Positions 47,905-60,400 of a stretch of 64,000 nucleotides of DNA are shown here, piece by piece. Where the stretch lies: contig OZ024755.1 in NCBI GenBank assembly GCA_964016885.1, positions 31,186,001 to 31,250,000 on the forward strand. Reading direction: 5' to 3'. The notes below the pieces were generated by a model. It was given only the letters and a program-made list of their open reading frames with translations, did no database searches and was not told where the DNA came from. Both the position numbers and the translations under genes were made by a program. Source of the stretch: Eledone cirrhosa (lineage: Eukaryota). Positions within the stretch are counted from its first letter, which is position 1. Each line of letters opens with the position of its first letter.

Positions 47905-48123
47905 GTTGGGTGTAAATTTGGCGCTAGAATACCGATAAGAGAGGACAGATATTGTTAAGGGTACAACATTTTTGACACATAGAGTTACGGCCCTTTCCAT
48001 TCTGAGTTCAAATCCTGCTGAGGTCAACTTTGCCTTTCATCCTTACGGGGTCGATAAAATAAAGTACCAGTAATACACTGGAGTAATTGCTGGCCTTGTG
48101 CCAAAAGTAGAAACAATTATTAT
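47905..48123 (+). mobile_element. SINE family 2 copy
   Basis: ctgagttcaaatcctgctgaggtcaactttgcctttcatcc...ggccttgtgccaaaagtagaaacaattattat. Confidence 0.82.
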
Positions 48124-49025
48124 CTTGCATGGACACAATGCAACAATGGATCTCAGACTGGCAACTCAAGCTAGCTGTGGACAAGTACACCACCATGCAT
48201 TTTGGGAGTAAAAACCCAGTGTCCACATACTCCCTCCACAGCACTAATATCAAGAAGTCTTCTTGTGAACGTGACCTGGGCATTACGGTCAGCAGCAATT
48301 TGCGTTGGACGAAGCACGTCTCTAAAATTGTCAAGAGGGCTGAGGGTGTCTTAGCATCACTCAGCAAGACCTTTGTCAGCCGCTCTCCAGCTATCTATTT
48401 AAGGCTGTACATGGCTATGGTGCGGCCACACTTAGAATTTGCATCACCAGTCTGGAACCCCTATCTTGCTCAGAACATTGACCACCTGGAAACTGTTCAG
48501 AGACGTGCAACCAAGCAAATACCCTCCATCAGGCATCTACCATTCTCTGAGCGCCCTGCTTCTCTGGGCATGGATACATTGAAGCTCCGACGCCTGGCAA
48601 CTGACTTGGTAAACACCCCAAAAATTGTTAACCATCTTGCCAACAACAACCCTGAGTACCTTTTCGATTTCCATGTGTCTAACACACGTGGGCATGCCCA
48701 CAAAGTCAGAAAACAGCACAGTTCCCATGACTTTCGGAAACATTTTTTCACGCTCAGAGTTGCTGAAGCATGGAACAAACTACCTGCATCAGTTGTTAGC
48801 TGTCGAAACACTGCATCCTTTAAAACCTCCATGCTTCCTGAGATTCGCCAACACTACACCTAATGTTCCCCCTCCATACACATACACACATGTATATCAT
48901 GACTTATACACTATTTACTTCCCTGACATTTGTATATTATTCTATGTACTATACATGCACCTTTGACGAGTTGTAGTGCACCTGAGCACTTTACACAATA
49001 ATTTCATTATTATTATTATTATTAT
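48124..49025 (+). mobile_element. CR1-group LINE 3' fragment (open 244-aa C-terminus, UTR, (TTA)n tail)
   Basis: WQLKL...ERDLGI...YMAMVRPHLEFASPVWNPY...LETVQRRATK...TRGH..K...RKHFFTLRVAEAWNKLP; tail (att)n at ~49007-49025. Confidence 0.9.
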
Positions 49026-49252
49026 AAAAAAACATTTAATCAAGTAGAACATTAAAATATTACTTGCATTATATTAGCAATATATAGTTGTAATATATAT
49101 TATATATTGTAATATATATTGGAATCTTTGAGCTTATTCTGCAGTGGATATGGCGCATGTCTCTAAGACATGACACCCTTAATTTAATTTTGGATTTATA
49201 TATATATATGACTAGTAAGTATGTTTTGAAACAGTGAGCGAGTTTGAAATTG

Positions 49253-49447
49253 GAAATAGAAGCTTTTGGTGTATTTTTTTGAGTAAAGAAATTTTAGTAG
49301 AGTTTAGAACCCTCTAAGAAATGGAAAAAGATGAGTATGGCATACATGTATGTCAATACTCATTTTTTTCCATTTCTTAGATGCTTCTAAAACCTCTATC
49401 AGGCTAAAGTTTCTTTAGTCAAAAAAATTTGGTGAAAGCTTCTATTT
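49253..49447. repeat. Diverged palindrome (~95-bp arms)
   Basis: aaatagaagcttt...ctaagaaatggaaaaagatgagtat..catacatgtatg..atactcattttttccatttcttag...aaagcttctattt. Confidence 0.7.
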
Positions 49448-49474
49448 GTAATATATATATATATATATATATAT

Positions 49475-49834
49475 ATTAGTTTTGCGAGGTTTTTGATATG
49501 AAATCGTGTGTCGAAACAAATATTGTTATACTTGGGGAAGGTCATATTTGTGTAAGATGGCGTAGACATACAATACAACGGGAGGAAACATAATAGCACC
49601 ACTGACGATGCTGCAGATGTGCAATGAAAGAACTTTGTTAGACTATATATATGTGTTTGTGTCTATATTGTATCTGTATTTTTGACCGTTGGTCAGTCAA
49701 TGGTAACATTGAAGACCAAATAAATTAAATTAACTGATATAAAAGATACAGAAGCGAAAACCAACCAAACAGTGAGTGTGTTCTGTTATTAATTCTGGCA
49801 ATATTATTACACAAATATGACCCTCCCCAGGTAT

Positions 49835-49842
<8 letters not shown>
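49475..49842 (+). mobile_element. pLTR-like unit with inverted 5' piece and hammerhead motif (49598-49639)
   Basis: acca-CTGACGA-tgctgca(gatg)tgcaat-GAAA-gaac-TT-tgtt; 49520-49556 is inverted to 49807-49842; related to 46545-46575 and 50458-50530. Confidence 0.62.
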
Positions 49843-49881
<39 letters not shown>

Positions 49882-49894
49882 CACACACACATAT

Positions 49895-50163
49895 ACTCGA
49901 GAGAAGGCTACGTTGGTACGGTCACGTGATGCGCATGAAAGACGACAGCTGTATAACAAAGTGCAGGGCAATAAAGATAGACGGTAGCCACGGAGTAGGC
50001 AGACCCAGAAAAACATGGGACGAGCTGATAAATTCCGACCTCACACGCTTACACCTCTCCAAGACAATGTCACTGGACCGAGACCTTTGGCGGTACTCAG
50101 TAATAGAGAAGACCCGCCTTACCTAAATACAAAGTAAAAACTTACTATAGTCAGTAGGCATCT
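49895..50163 (+). mobile_element. RTE family A fragment
   Basis: ERRLRWYGHVMRMKDD...GRPRKTWDEL. Confidence 0.9.
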
Positions 50164-50169
50164 CTATCT

Positions 50170-50540
50170 GGTTCCACAACCAGATAGTTGTTTATATATA
50201 GTCACACACTCTGTGACCTCTTCAGCGTAGGACAGAAGAAAGGAAAGGCACAGAAACAAAGAAAGGAATCCCCAGTCACTGAAGAGGTCACAGAGTGTGT
50301 GACGAAAGGACTATGACTATATATAAACAACTATCTGGTTGTGGAACCAACCAACCAACCAGAAATTTATAAATTTGTAGATTTGTAAATTTATAAATTT
50401 ATAAATATATAATAAATTGAAGTGGAAGCAACTGGTGCGTGTGTTTATTATTGGCAACATGGCCCTCCCAAAGTATAACAATATCGGTTTCAACACACGA
50501 TTTCAGATAAAGAATTTTGCTAAACAAATTCAGAAACGAA
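50170..50540 (+). mobile_element. pLTR-like unit with inverted partial copy
   Basis: 50170-50225 is inverted to 50279-50348; homologous to 46400-46575. Confidence 0.7.
50274..50318 (+). ncRNA. Minimal type I hammerhead ribozyme
   Basis: AGTCA-CTGAAGA-G-GTCACA(gagtg)TGTGAC-GAAA-ggac-TA-TGACT, with fully paired stems I and II. Confidence 0.78.
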
Positions 50541-50773
<233 letters not shown>

Positions 50774-50774
50774 A

Positions 50775-51400
50775 GTGACAACTTCCGTTACCTGGGTGAC
50801 AAAATCAGCAGTGGTGGAGGGTGTTCTGAAAGTACAGTAGCCAGCGTTAGAACGGGATGGAAAAAGTTCAGAGAGCTTATACTGCTGTTGGCCACAAAAG
50901 GTTTCTCTCTGAAAATGAAAGGAAGATTGTATGATGCCTGTATACGAACAGCAATGTTACATGGCAGTGAGTGCAGAGGACCTGCGCAGACTGGAAAGGA
51001 ACGAAGCATGCATGCTCCGTTGGATGTGTAATAGTAATATACACGAACAGCAAAACATAAATGAATTGAGAATTTAGGAATGAGAGGGATCAGATGCTGT
51101 TTACTTGAGAGAAGACTACGTTGGTATGGCCATGTGATGCGCATGAAAGACGACAACTATATAAAAAAGTGCAGGGTGATCAAAATGGATGGAAGTTGTG
51201 GAGTAGGTAGACCCAGAAAAACCTGGGACGACATGATAAATTCCGACCTTGTACACTTGCACCTCTCTAAGACAATGTCATGGGATTGAGATCTTTGGCG
51301 CCACACAGTAATACAGAAGACCTGCCTTCTCTACATATAAAGTTAACTTACAGTCAGTAGACCCCTCCAAACCAAACATACACCCCAACCCACTACCCCT
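50775..51400 (+). mobile_element. RTE family A-related fragment, cut off by the satellite
   Basis: FRYLGDKISSGGG...MLHGSE, RLRWYGHV, GRPRKTW; UTR stops at ~51400. Confidence 0.92.
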
Positions 51401-51420
51401 ACATTTGAGTCTGAAGATGA

Positions 51421-54400
51421 AGTGATGGAGGTGATACTGCAGGCTGTAGTGATGGAGGTGATAGTGCAGGCTGTAGTGATGGAGGTGATAGTGCAGGCTG
51501 TAGTGATGAAGGTGATACTGCAGGCTGTAGTGATGGAGGTGATAGTGCAGGCTGTAGTGATGGAGGTGATAGTGCAGGCTGTAGTGATGGAGGTGATAGT
51601 GCAGGTTGTAGTGATGGAGGTGATAGTGCAGGTTGTAGTGATGGAGGTGATAGTGCAGGCTGTAGTGATGGAGGTGATAGTGTAGGTTGTAGTGATGGAG
51701 GTGATACTGCAGGCTGTAGTGATGGAGGTGATAGTGCAGGCTGTAGTGATGGAGGTGATAGTGCAGGTTGTAGTGATGGAGGTGATAGTGCAGGCTGTAG
51801 TGATGGAGGTGATAGTGCAGGTTGTAGTGATGGAGGTGATACTGCAGGCTGTAGTGATGGAGGTGATACTGCAGGTTGTAGTGATGGAGGTGATAGTGCA
51901 GGCTGTAGTGATGGAGGTGATACTGCAGGTTGTAGTGATGGAGGTGATAGTGCAGGCTGTAGTGATGGAGGTGATAGTGTAGGTTGTAGTGATGGAGGTG
52001 ATAGTGTAGGTTGTAGTGATGGAGGTGATAGTGCAGGCTGTAGTGATGGAGGTGATAGTGCAGGTTGTAGTGATGGAGGTGGTACTGCAGGCTGTAGTGA
52101 TGGAGGTGATAGTGCAGGTTGTAGTGATGGAGGTGATACTGCAGGTTGTAGTGATGGAGGTGATAGTGCAGGTTGTAGTGATGAAGGTGATAGTGCAGGC
52201 TGTAGTGATGGAGGTGATAGTGTAGGTTGTAGTGATGGAGGTGATACTGCAGGTTGTAGTGATGGAGGTGATAGTGCAGGTTGTAGTGATGGAGGTGATA
52301 CTGCAGGCTGTAGTGATGGAGGTGATAGTGCAGGCTGTAGTGATGGAGGTGATAGTGCAGGCTGTAGTGATGGAGGTGATAGTGCAGGCTGTAGTGATGG
52401 AGGTGATAGTGCAGGCTGTAGTGATGGAGGTGATAGTGCAGGCTGTAGTGATGGAGGTGATAGTGCAGGCTGTAGTGATGGAGGTGATACTGCAGGTTGT
52501 AGTGATGGAGGTGATAGTGCAGGTTGTAGTGATGGAGGTGATAGTGCAGGTTGTAGTGATGGAGGTGATAGTGCAGGTTGTAGTGATGGAGGTGATACTG
52601 CAGGCTGTAGTGATGGAGGTGATAGTGCAGGTTGTAGTGATGGAGGTGATAGTGCAGGCTGTAGTGATGGAGGTGATAGTGCAGGCTGTAGTGATGGAGG
52701 TGATAGTGCAGGTTGTAGTGATGGAGGTGATAGTGCAGGCTGTAGTGATGGAGGTGATAGTGCAGGCTGTAGTGATGGAGGTGATACTGCAGGTTGTAGT
52801 GATGGAGGTGATAGTGCAGGCTGTAGTGATGGAGGTGATAGTGCAGGCTGTAGTGATGGAGGTGATAGTGCAGGTTGTAGTGATGGAGGTGATAGTGCAG
52901 GCTGTAGTGATGGAGGTGATAGTGCAGGCTGTAGTGATGGAGGTGATACTGCAGGTTGTAGTGATGGAGGTGATACTGCAGGTTGTAGTGATGGAGGTGA
53001 TAGTGCAGGCTGTAGTGATGGAGGTGATAGTGCAGGTTGTAGTGATGGAGGTGATAGTGCAGGCTGTAGTGATGGAGGTGATAGTGCAGGCTGTAGTGAT
53101 GGAGGTGATAGTAAAGGTTGTAGTGATGGAGGTGATAGTGCAGGTTGTAGTGATGGAGGTGATAGTGCAGGCTGTAGTGATGGAGGTGATAGTGCAGGTT
53201 GTAGTGATGGAGGTGATAGTAAAGGTTGTAGTGATGGAGGTGATAGTGCAGGTTGTAGTGATGGAGGTGATAGTGCAGGCTGTAGTGATGGAGGTGATAC
53301 TGCAGGCTGTAGTGATGGAGGTGGTACTGCAGGCTGTAGTGATGGAGGTGATAGTGCAGGCTGTAGTGATGGAGGTGATACTGCAGGTTGTAGTGATGGA
53401 GGTGATACTGCAGGCTGTAGTGATGGAGGTGATAGTGCAGGCTGTAGTGATGGAGGTGATAGTGCAGGCTGTAGTGATGGAGGTGATAGTGCAGGCTGTA
53501 GTGATGGAGGTGATACTGCAGGCTGTAGTGATGGAGGTGATACTGCAGGTTGTAGTGATGGAGGTGATAGTGCAGGCTGTAGTGATGGAGGTGATAGTGC
53601 AGGCTGTAGTGATGGAGGTGATAGTGCAGGTTGTAGTGATGGAGGTGATACTGCAGGCTGTAGTGATGGAGGTGGTACTGCAGGCTGTAGTGATGGAGGT
53701 GATAGTGCAGGCTGTAGTGATGGAGGTGATACTGCAGGCTGTAGTGATGGAGGTGATACTGCAGGCTGTAGTGATGGAGGTGATACTGCAGGCTGTAGTG
53801 ATGGAGGTGGTACTGCAGGCTGTAGTGATGGAGGTGATAGTGCAGGCTGTAGTGATGGAGGTGATAGTGCAGGCTGTAGTGATGGAGGTGATACTGCAGG
53901 CTGTAGTGATGGAGGTGATACTGCAGGCTGTAGTGATGGAGGTGGTACTGCAGGCTGTAGTGATGGAGGTGATAGTGCAGGCTGTAGTGATGGAGGTGAT
54001 AGTGCAGGCTGTAGTGATGGAGGTGATAGTGCAGGTTGTAGTGATGGAGGTGATAGTGCAGGTTGTAGTGATGGAGGTGATAGTGCAGGCTGTAGTGATG
54101 GAGGTGATAGTGCAGGTTGTAGTGATGGAGGTGATAGTGCAGGTTGTAGTGATGGAGGTGATAGTGCAGGTTGTAGTGATGGAGGTGATAGTGCAGGCTG
54201 TAGTGATGGAGGTGATAGTGCAGGTTGTAGTGATGGAGGTGATAGTGCAGGTTGTAGTGATGGAGGTGATAGTGCAGGTTGTAGTGATGGAGGTGATAGT
54301 GCAGGTTGTAGTGATGGAGGTGATAGTGCAGGCTGTAGTGATGGAGGTGATAGTGCAGGTTGTAGTGATGGAGGTGATAGTGCAGGTTGTAGTGATGGAG

Positions 54401-57400
54401 GTGATACTGCAGGTTGTAGTGATGGAGGTGATAGTGCAGGTTGTAGTGATGGAGGTGATACTGCAGGTTGTAGTGATGGAGGTGATAGTGCAGGTTGTAG
54501 TGATGGAGGTGATAGTGCAGGCTGTAGTGATGGAGGTGATAGTGCAGGTTGTAGTGATGGAGGTGATAGTGCAGGTTGTAGTGATGGAGGTGATAGTGCA
54601 GGCTGTAGTGATGGAGGTGATAGTGCAGGCTGTAGTGATGGAGGTGATAGTGCAGGTTGTAGTGATGGAGGTGATAGTGCAGGTTGTAGTGATGGAGGTG
54701 ATAGTGCAGGTTGTAGTGATGGAGGTGATAGTGCAGGCTGTAGTGATGGAGGTGATAGTGCAGGTTGTAGTGATGGAGGTGATACTGCAGGTTGTAGTGA
54801 TGGAGGTGATAGTGCAGGTTGTAGTGATGGAGGTGATACTGCAGGTTGTAGTGATGGAGGTGATAGTGCAGGTTGTAGTGATGGAGGTGATAGTGCAGGT
54901 TGTAGTGATGGAGGTGATAGTGCAGGCTGTAGTGATGGAGGTGATAGTGCAGGTTGTAGTGATGGAGGTGATAGTGCAGGCTGTAGTGATGGAGGTGATA
55001 GTGCAGGCTGTAGTGATGGAGGTGATAGTGCAGGTTGTAGTGATGGAGGTGATAGTGCAGGTTGTAGTGATGGAGGTGATAGTGCAGGCTGTAGTGATGG
55101 AGGTGATAGTGCAGGTTGTAGTGATGGAGGTGATACTGCAGGTTGTAGTGATGGAGGTGATAGTGCAGGCTGTAGTGATGGAGGTGATAGTGCAGGCTGT
55201 AGTGATGGAGGTGATAGTGCAGGTTGTAGTGATGGAGGTGATACTGCAGGTTGTAGTGATGGAGGTGATAGTGCAGGTTGTAGTGATGGAGGTGATACTG
55301 CAGGTTGTAGTGATGGAGGTGATAGTGCAGGTTGTAGTGATGGAGGTGATAGTGCAGGTTGTAGTGATGGAGGTGATAGTGCAGGCTGTAGTGATGGAGG
55401 TGATAGTGCAGGTTGTAGTGATGGAGGTGATAGTGCAGGCTGTAGTGATGGAGGTGATAGTGCAGGCTGTAGTGATGGAGGTGATAGTGCAGGTTGTAGT
55501 GATGGAGGTGATAGTGCAGGTTGTAGTGATGGAGGTGATAGTGCAGGCTGTAGTGATGGAGGTGATAGTGCAGGTTGTAGTGATGGAGGTGATACTGCAG
55601 GTTGTAGTGATGGAGGTGATAGTGCAGGCTGTAGTGATGGAGGTGATAGTGCAGGCTGTAGTGATGGAGGTGATAGTGCAGGCTGTAGTGATGGAGGTGA
55701 TAGTGCAGGTTGTAGTGATGGAGGTGGTACTGCAGGCTGTAGTGATGGAGGTGATAGTGCAGGCTGTAGTGATGGAGGTGATAGTGCAGGCTGTAGTGAT
55801 GGAGGTGATAGTGCAGGCTGTAGTGATGGAGGTGATAGTGCAGGCTGTAGTGATGGAGGTGATAGTGCAGGCTGTAGTGATGGAGGTGATAGTGCAGGTT
55901 GTAGTGATGGAGGTGATAGTGCAGGTTGTAGTGATGGAGGTGATAGTGCAGGCTGTAGTGATGGAGGTGATAGTGTAGGTTGTAGTGATGGAGGTGATAG
56001 TGCAGGTTGTAGTGATGGAGGTGATAGTGCAGGCTGTAGTGATGGAGGTGATAGTGCAGGCTGTAGTGATGGAGGTGATAGTGCAGGTTGTAGTGATGGA
56101 GGTGATAGTGCAGGCTGTAGTGATGGAGGTGATAGTGTAGGTTGTAGTGATGGAGGTGATAGTGCAGGTTGTAGTGATGGAGGTGATAGTGCAGGCTGTA
56201 GTGATGGAGGTGATAGTGCAGGTTGTAGTGATGGAGGTGATAGTGCAGGTTGTAGTGATGGAGGTGATAGTGCAGGCTGTAGTGATGGAGGTGATAGTGC
56301 AGGTTGTAGTGATGGAGGTGATAGTGCAGGCTGTAGTGATGGAGGTGATAGTGCAGGTTGTAGTGATGGAGGTGATAGTGCAGGTTGTAGTGATGGAGGT
56401 GATAGTGCAGGTTGTAGTGATGGAGGTGATAGTGCAGGCTGTAGTGATGGAGGTGATAGTGCAGGTTGTAGTGATGGAGGTGATAGTGCAGGTTGTAGTG
56501 ATGGAGGTGATAGTGCAGGCTGTAGTGATGGAGGTGATACTGCAGGTTGTAGTGATGGAGGTGATAGTGCAGGTTGTAGTGATGGAGGTGATAGTGCAGG
56601 CTGTAGTGATGGAGGTGATAGTGCAGGTTGTAGTGATGGAGGTGATAGTGCAGGTTGTAGTGATGGAGGTGATACTGCAGGTTGTAGTGATGGAGGTGAT
56701 AGTGCAGGCTGTAGTGATGGAGGTGATAGTGCAGGTTGTAGTGATGGAGGTGATAGTGCAGGCTGTAGTGATGGAGGTGATAGTGCAGGTTGTAGTGATG
56801 GAGGTGATAGTGCAGGTTGTAGTGATGGAGGTGATACTGCAGGTTGTAGTGATGGAGGTGATAGTGCAGGCTGTAGTGATGGAGGTGATAGTGCAGGTTG
56901 TAGTGATGGAGGTGATAGTGCAGGTTGTAGTGATGGAGGTGATACTGCAGGTTGTAGTGATGGAGGTGATAGTGCAGGTTGTAGTGATGGAGGTGATAGT
57001 GCAGGTTGTAGTGATGGAGGTGATAGTGCAGGCTGTAGTGATGGAGGTGATAGTGCAGGCTGTAGTGATGGAGGTGATAGTGCAGGCTGTAGTGATGGAG
57101 GTGATAGTGCAGGTTGTAGTGATGGAGGTGGTACTGCAGGCTGTAGTGATGGAGGTGATAGTGCAGGCTGTAGTGATGGAGGTGATAGTGCAGGTTGTAG
57201 TGATGGAGGTGATAGTGCAGGCTGTAGTGATGGAGGTGATACTGCAGGTTGTAGTGATGGAGGTGATACTGCAGGTTGTAGTGATGGAGGTGATAGTGCA
57301 GGTTGTAGTGATGGAGGTGATAGTGCAGGCTCTAGTGATGGAGGTGATAGTGCAGGTTGTAGTGATGGAGGTGATAGTGCAGGCTGTAGTGATGGAGGTG

Positions 57401-60400
57401 ATAGTGCAGGCTGTAGTGATGGAGGTGATAGTGCAGGCTGTAGTGATGAAGGTGATAGTGCAGGCTGTAGTGATGGAGGTGATAGTAAAGGTTGTAGTGA
57501 TGGAGGTGATAGTGCAGGCTGTAGTGATGGAGGTGATAGTAAAGGTTGTAGTGATGGAGGTGGTACTGCAGGCTGTAGTGATGGAGGTGATAGTGCAGGT
57601 TGTAGTGATGGAGGTGATAGTGCAGGTTGTAGTGATGGAGGTGATAGTGCAGGCTGTAGTGATGGAGGTGATAGTGCAGGTTGTAGTGATGGAGGTGATA
57701 GTAAAGGTTGTAGTGATGGAGGTGGTACTGCAGGCTGTAGTGATGGAGGTGATAGTGCAGGTTGTAGTGATGGAGGTGATAGTGCAGGTTGTAGTGATGG
57801 AGGTGATAGTGCAGGCTGTAGTGATGGAGGTGATAGTGCAGGTTGTAGTGATGGAGGTGATAGTGCAGGTTGTAGTGATGGAGGTGATAGTGCAGGCTGT
57901 AGTGATGGAGGTGATAGTGCAGGTTGTAGTGATGGAGGTGATACTGCAGGTTGTAGTGATGGAGGTGATAGTGCAGGTTGTAGTGATGGAGGTGATAGTG
58001 CAGGCTGTAGTGATGGAGGTGATACTGCAGGCTGTAGTGATGGAGGTGATACTGCAGGCTGTAGTGATGGAGGTGATAGTGCAGGCTGTAGTGATGGAGG
58101 TGATAGTGCAGGCTGTAGTGATGGAGGTGATACTGCAGGCTGTAGTGATGGAGGTGATAGTGCAGGTTGTAGTGATGGAGGTGATAGTGCAGGCTGTAGT
58201 GATGGAGGTGATACTGCAGGCTGTAGTGATGGAGGTGATACTGCAGGCTGTAGTGATGGAGGTGATAGTGCAGGCTGTAGTGATGGAGGTGATAGTGCAG
58301 GCTGTAGTGATGGAGGTGATACTGCAGGTTGTAGTGATGGAGGTGATAGTGCAGGTTGTAGTGATGGAGGTGATAGTGCAGGCTGTAGTGATGGAGGTGA
58401 TAGTGCAGGCTGTAGTGATGGAGGTGATACTGCAGGTTGTAGTGATGGAGGTGATAGTGCAGGCTGTAGTGATGGAGGTGATAGTGCAGGTTGTAGTGAT
58501 GGAGGTGATAGTGCAGGTTGTAGTGATGGAGGTGATAGTGCAGGTTGTAGTGATGGAGGTGATAGTGCAGGCTGTAGTGATGGAGGTGATACTGCAGGCT
58601 GTAGTGATGGAGGTGATACTGCAGGTTGTAGTGATGGAGGTGATAGTGCAGGTTGTAGTGATGGAGGTGATACTGCAGGTTGTAGTGATGGAGGTGATAG
58701 TGCAGGTTGTAGTGATGGAGGTGATAGTGCAGGCTGTAGTGATGGAGGTGATAGTGCAGGTTGTAGTGATGGAGGTGATAGTGCAGGTTGTAGTGATGGA
58801 GGTGATACTGCAGGTTGTAGTGATGGAGGTGATAGTGCAGGCTGTAGTGATGGAGGTGATAGTGCAGGCTGTAGTGATGGAGGTGATACTGCAGGTTGTA
58901 GTGATGGAGGTGATAGTGCAGGTTGTAGTGATGGAGGTGATAGTGCAGGCTGTAGTGATGGAGGTGATAGTGCAGGCTGTAGTGATGGAGGTGATACTGC
59001 AGGCTGTAGTGATGGAGGTGATACTGCAGGTTGTAGTGATGGAGGTGATAGTGCAGGTTGTAGTGATGGAGGTGATACTGCAGGTTGTAGTGATGGAGGT
59101 GATAGTGCAGGCTGTAGTGATGGAGGTGATAGTGCAGGCTGTAGTGATGGAGGTGATACTGCAGGCTGTAGTGATGGAGGTGATAGTGCAGGCTGTAGTG
59201 ATGGAGGTGATAGTGCAGGTTGTAGTGATGGAGGTGGTACTGCAGGCTGTAGTGATGGAGGTGATAGTGCAGGCTGTAGTGATGGAGGTGATACTGCAGG
59301 CTGTAGTGATGGAGGTGATAGTGTAGGTTGTAGTGATGGAGGTGATAGTGTAGGTTGTAGTGATGGAGGTGATAGTGCAGGTTGTAGTGATGGAGGTGGT
59401 ACTGCAGGCTGTAGTGATGGAGGTGATAGTGCAGGCTGTAGTGATGGAGGTGATAGTGCAGGTTGTAGTGATGGAGGTGGTACTGCAGGTTGTAGTGATG
59501 GAGGTGGTACTGCAGGTTGTAGTGATGGAGGTGATAGTGCAGGCTGTAGTGATGGAGGTGATACTGCAGGTTGTAGTGATGGAGGTGGTACTGCAGGTTG
59601 TAGTGATGGAGGTGATAGTGCAGGTTGTAGTGATGGAGGTGATAGTGCAGGCTGTAGTGATGGAGGTGATACTGCAGGTTGTAGTGATGGAGGTGGTACT
59701 GCAGGTTGTAGTGATGGAGGTGATAGTGCAGGTTGTAGTGATGGAGGTGATAGTGCAGGCTGTAGTGATGGAGGTGATAGTGCAGGCTGTAGTGATGGAG
59801 GTGATAGTGTAGGTTGTAGTGATGGAGGTGATAGTGCAGGCTGTAGTGATGGAGGTAATACTGCAGGTTGTAGTGATGGAGGTGATACTGCAGGTTGTAG
59901 TGATGGAGGTGATAGTGCAGGTTGTAGTGATGGAGGTGGTACTGCAGGCTGTAGTGATGGAGGTGATAGTGCAGGCTGTAGTGATGGAGGTGATAGTGCA
60001 GGTTGTAGTGATGGAGGTGGTACTGCAGGTTGTAGTGATGGAGGTGATAGTGCAGGTTGTAGTGATGGAGGTGATAGTGCAGGCTGTAGTGATGGAGGTG
60101 ATAGTGCAGGCTGTAGTGATGGAGGTGATAGTGTAGGTTGTAGTGATGGAGGTGATAGTGCAGGTTGTAGTGATGGAGGTGGTACTGCAGGCTGTAGTGA
60201 TGGAGGTGATAGTGCAGGCTGTAGTGATGGAGGTGATAGTGCAGGCTGTAGTGATGGAGGTGATACTGCAGGCTGTAGTGATGGAGGTGATAGTGTAGGT
60301 TGTAGTGATGGAGGTGATAGTGTAGGTTGTAGTGATGGAGGTGATAGTGCAGGTTGTAGTGATGGAGGTGGTACTGCAGGCTGTAGTGATGGAGGTGATA

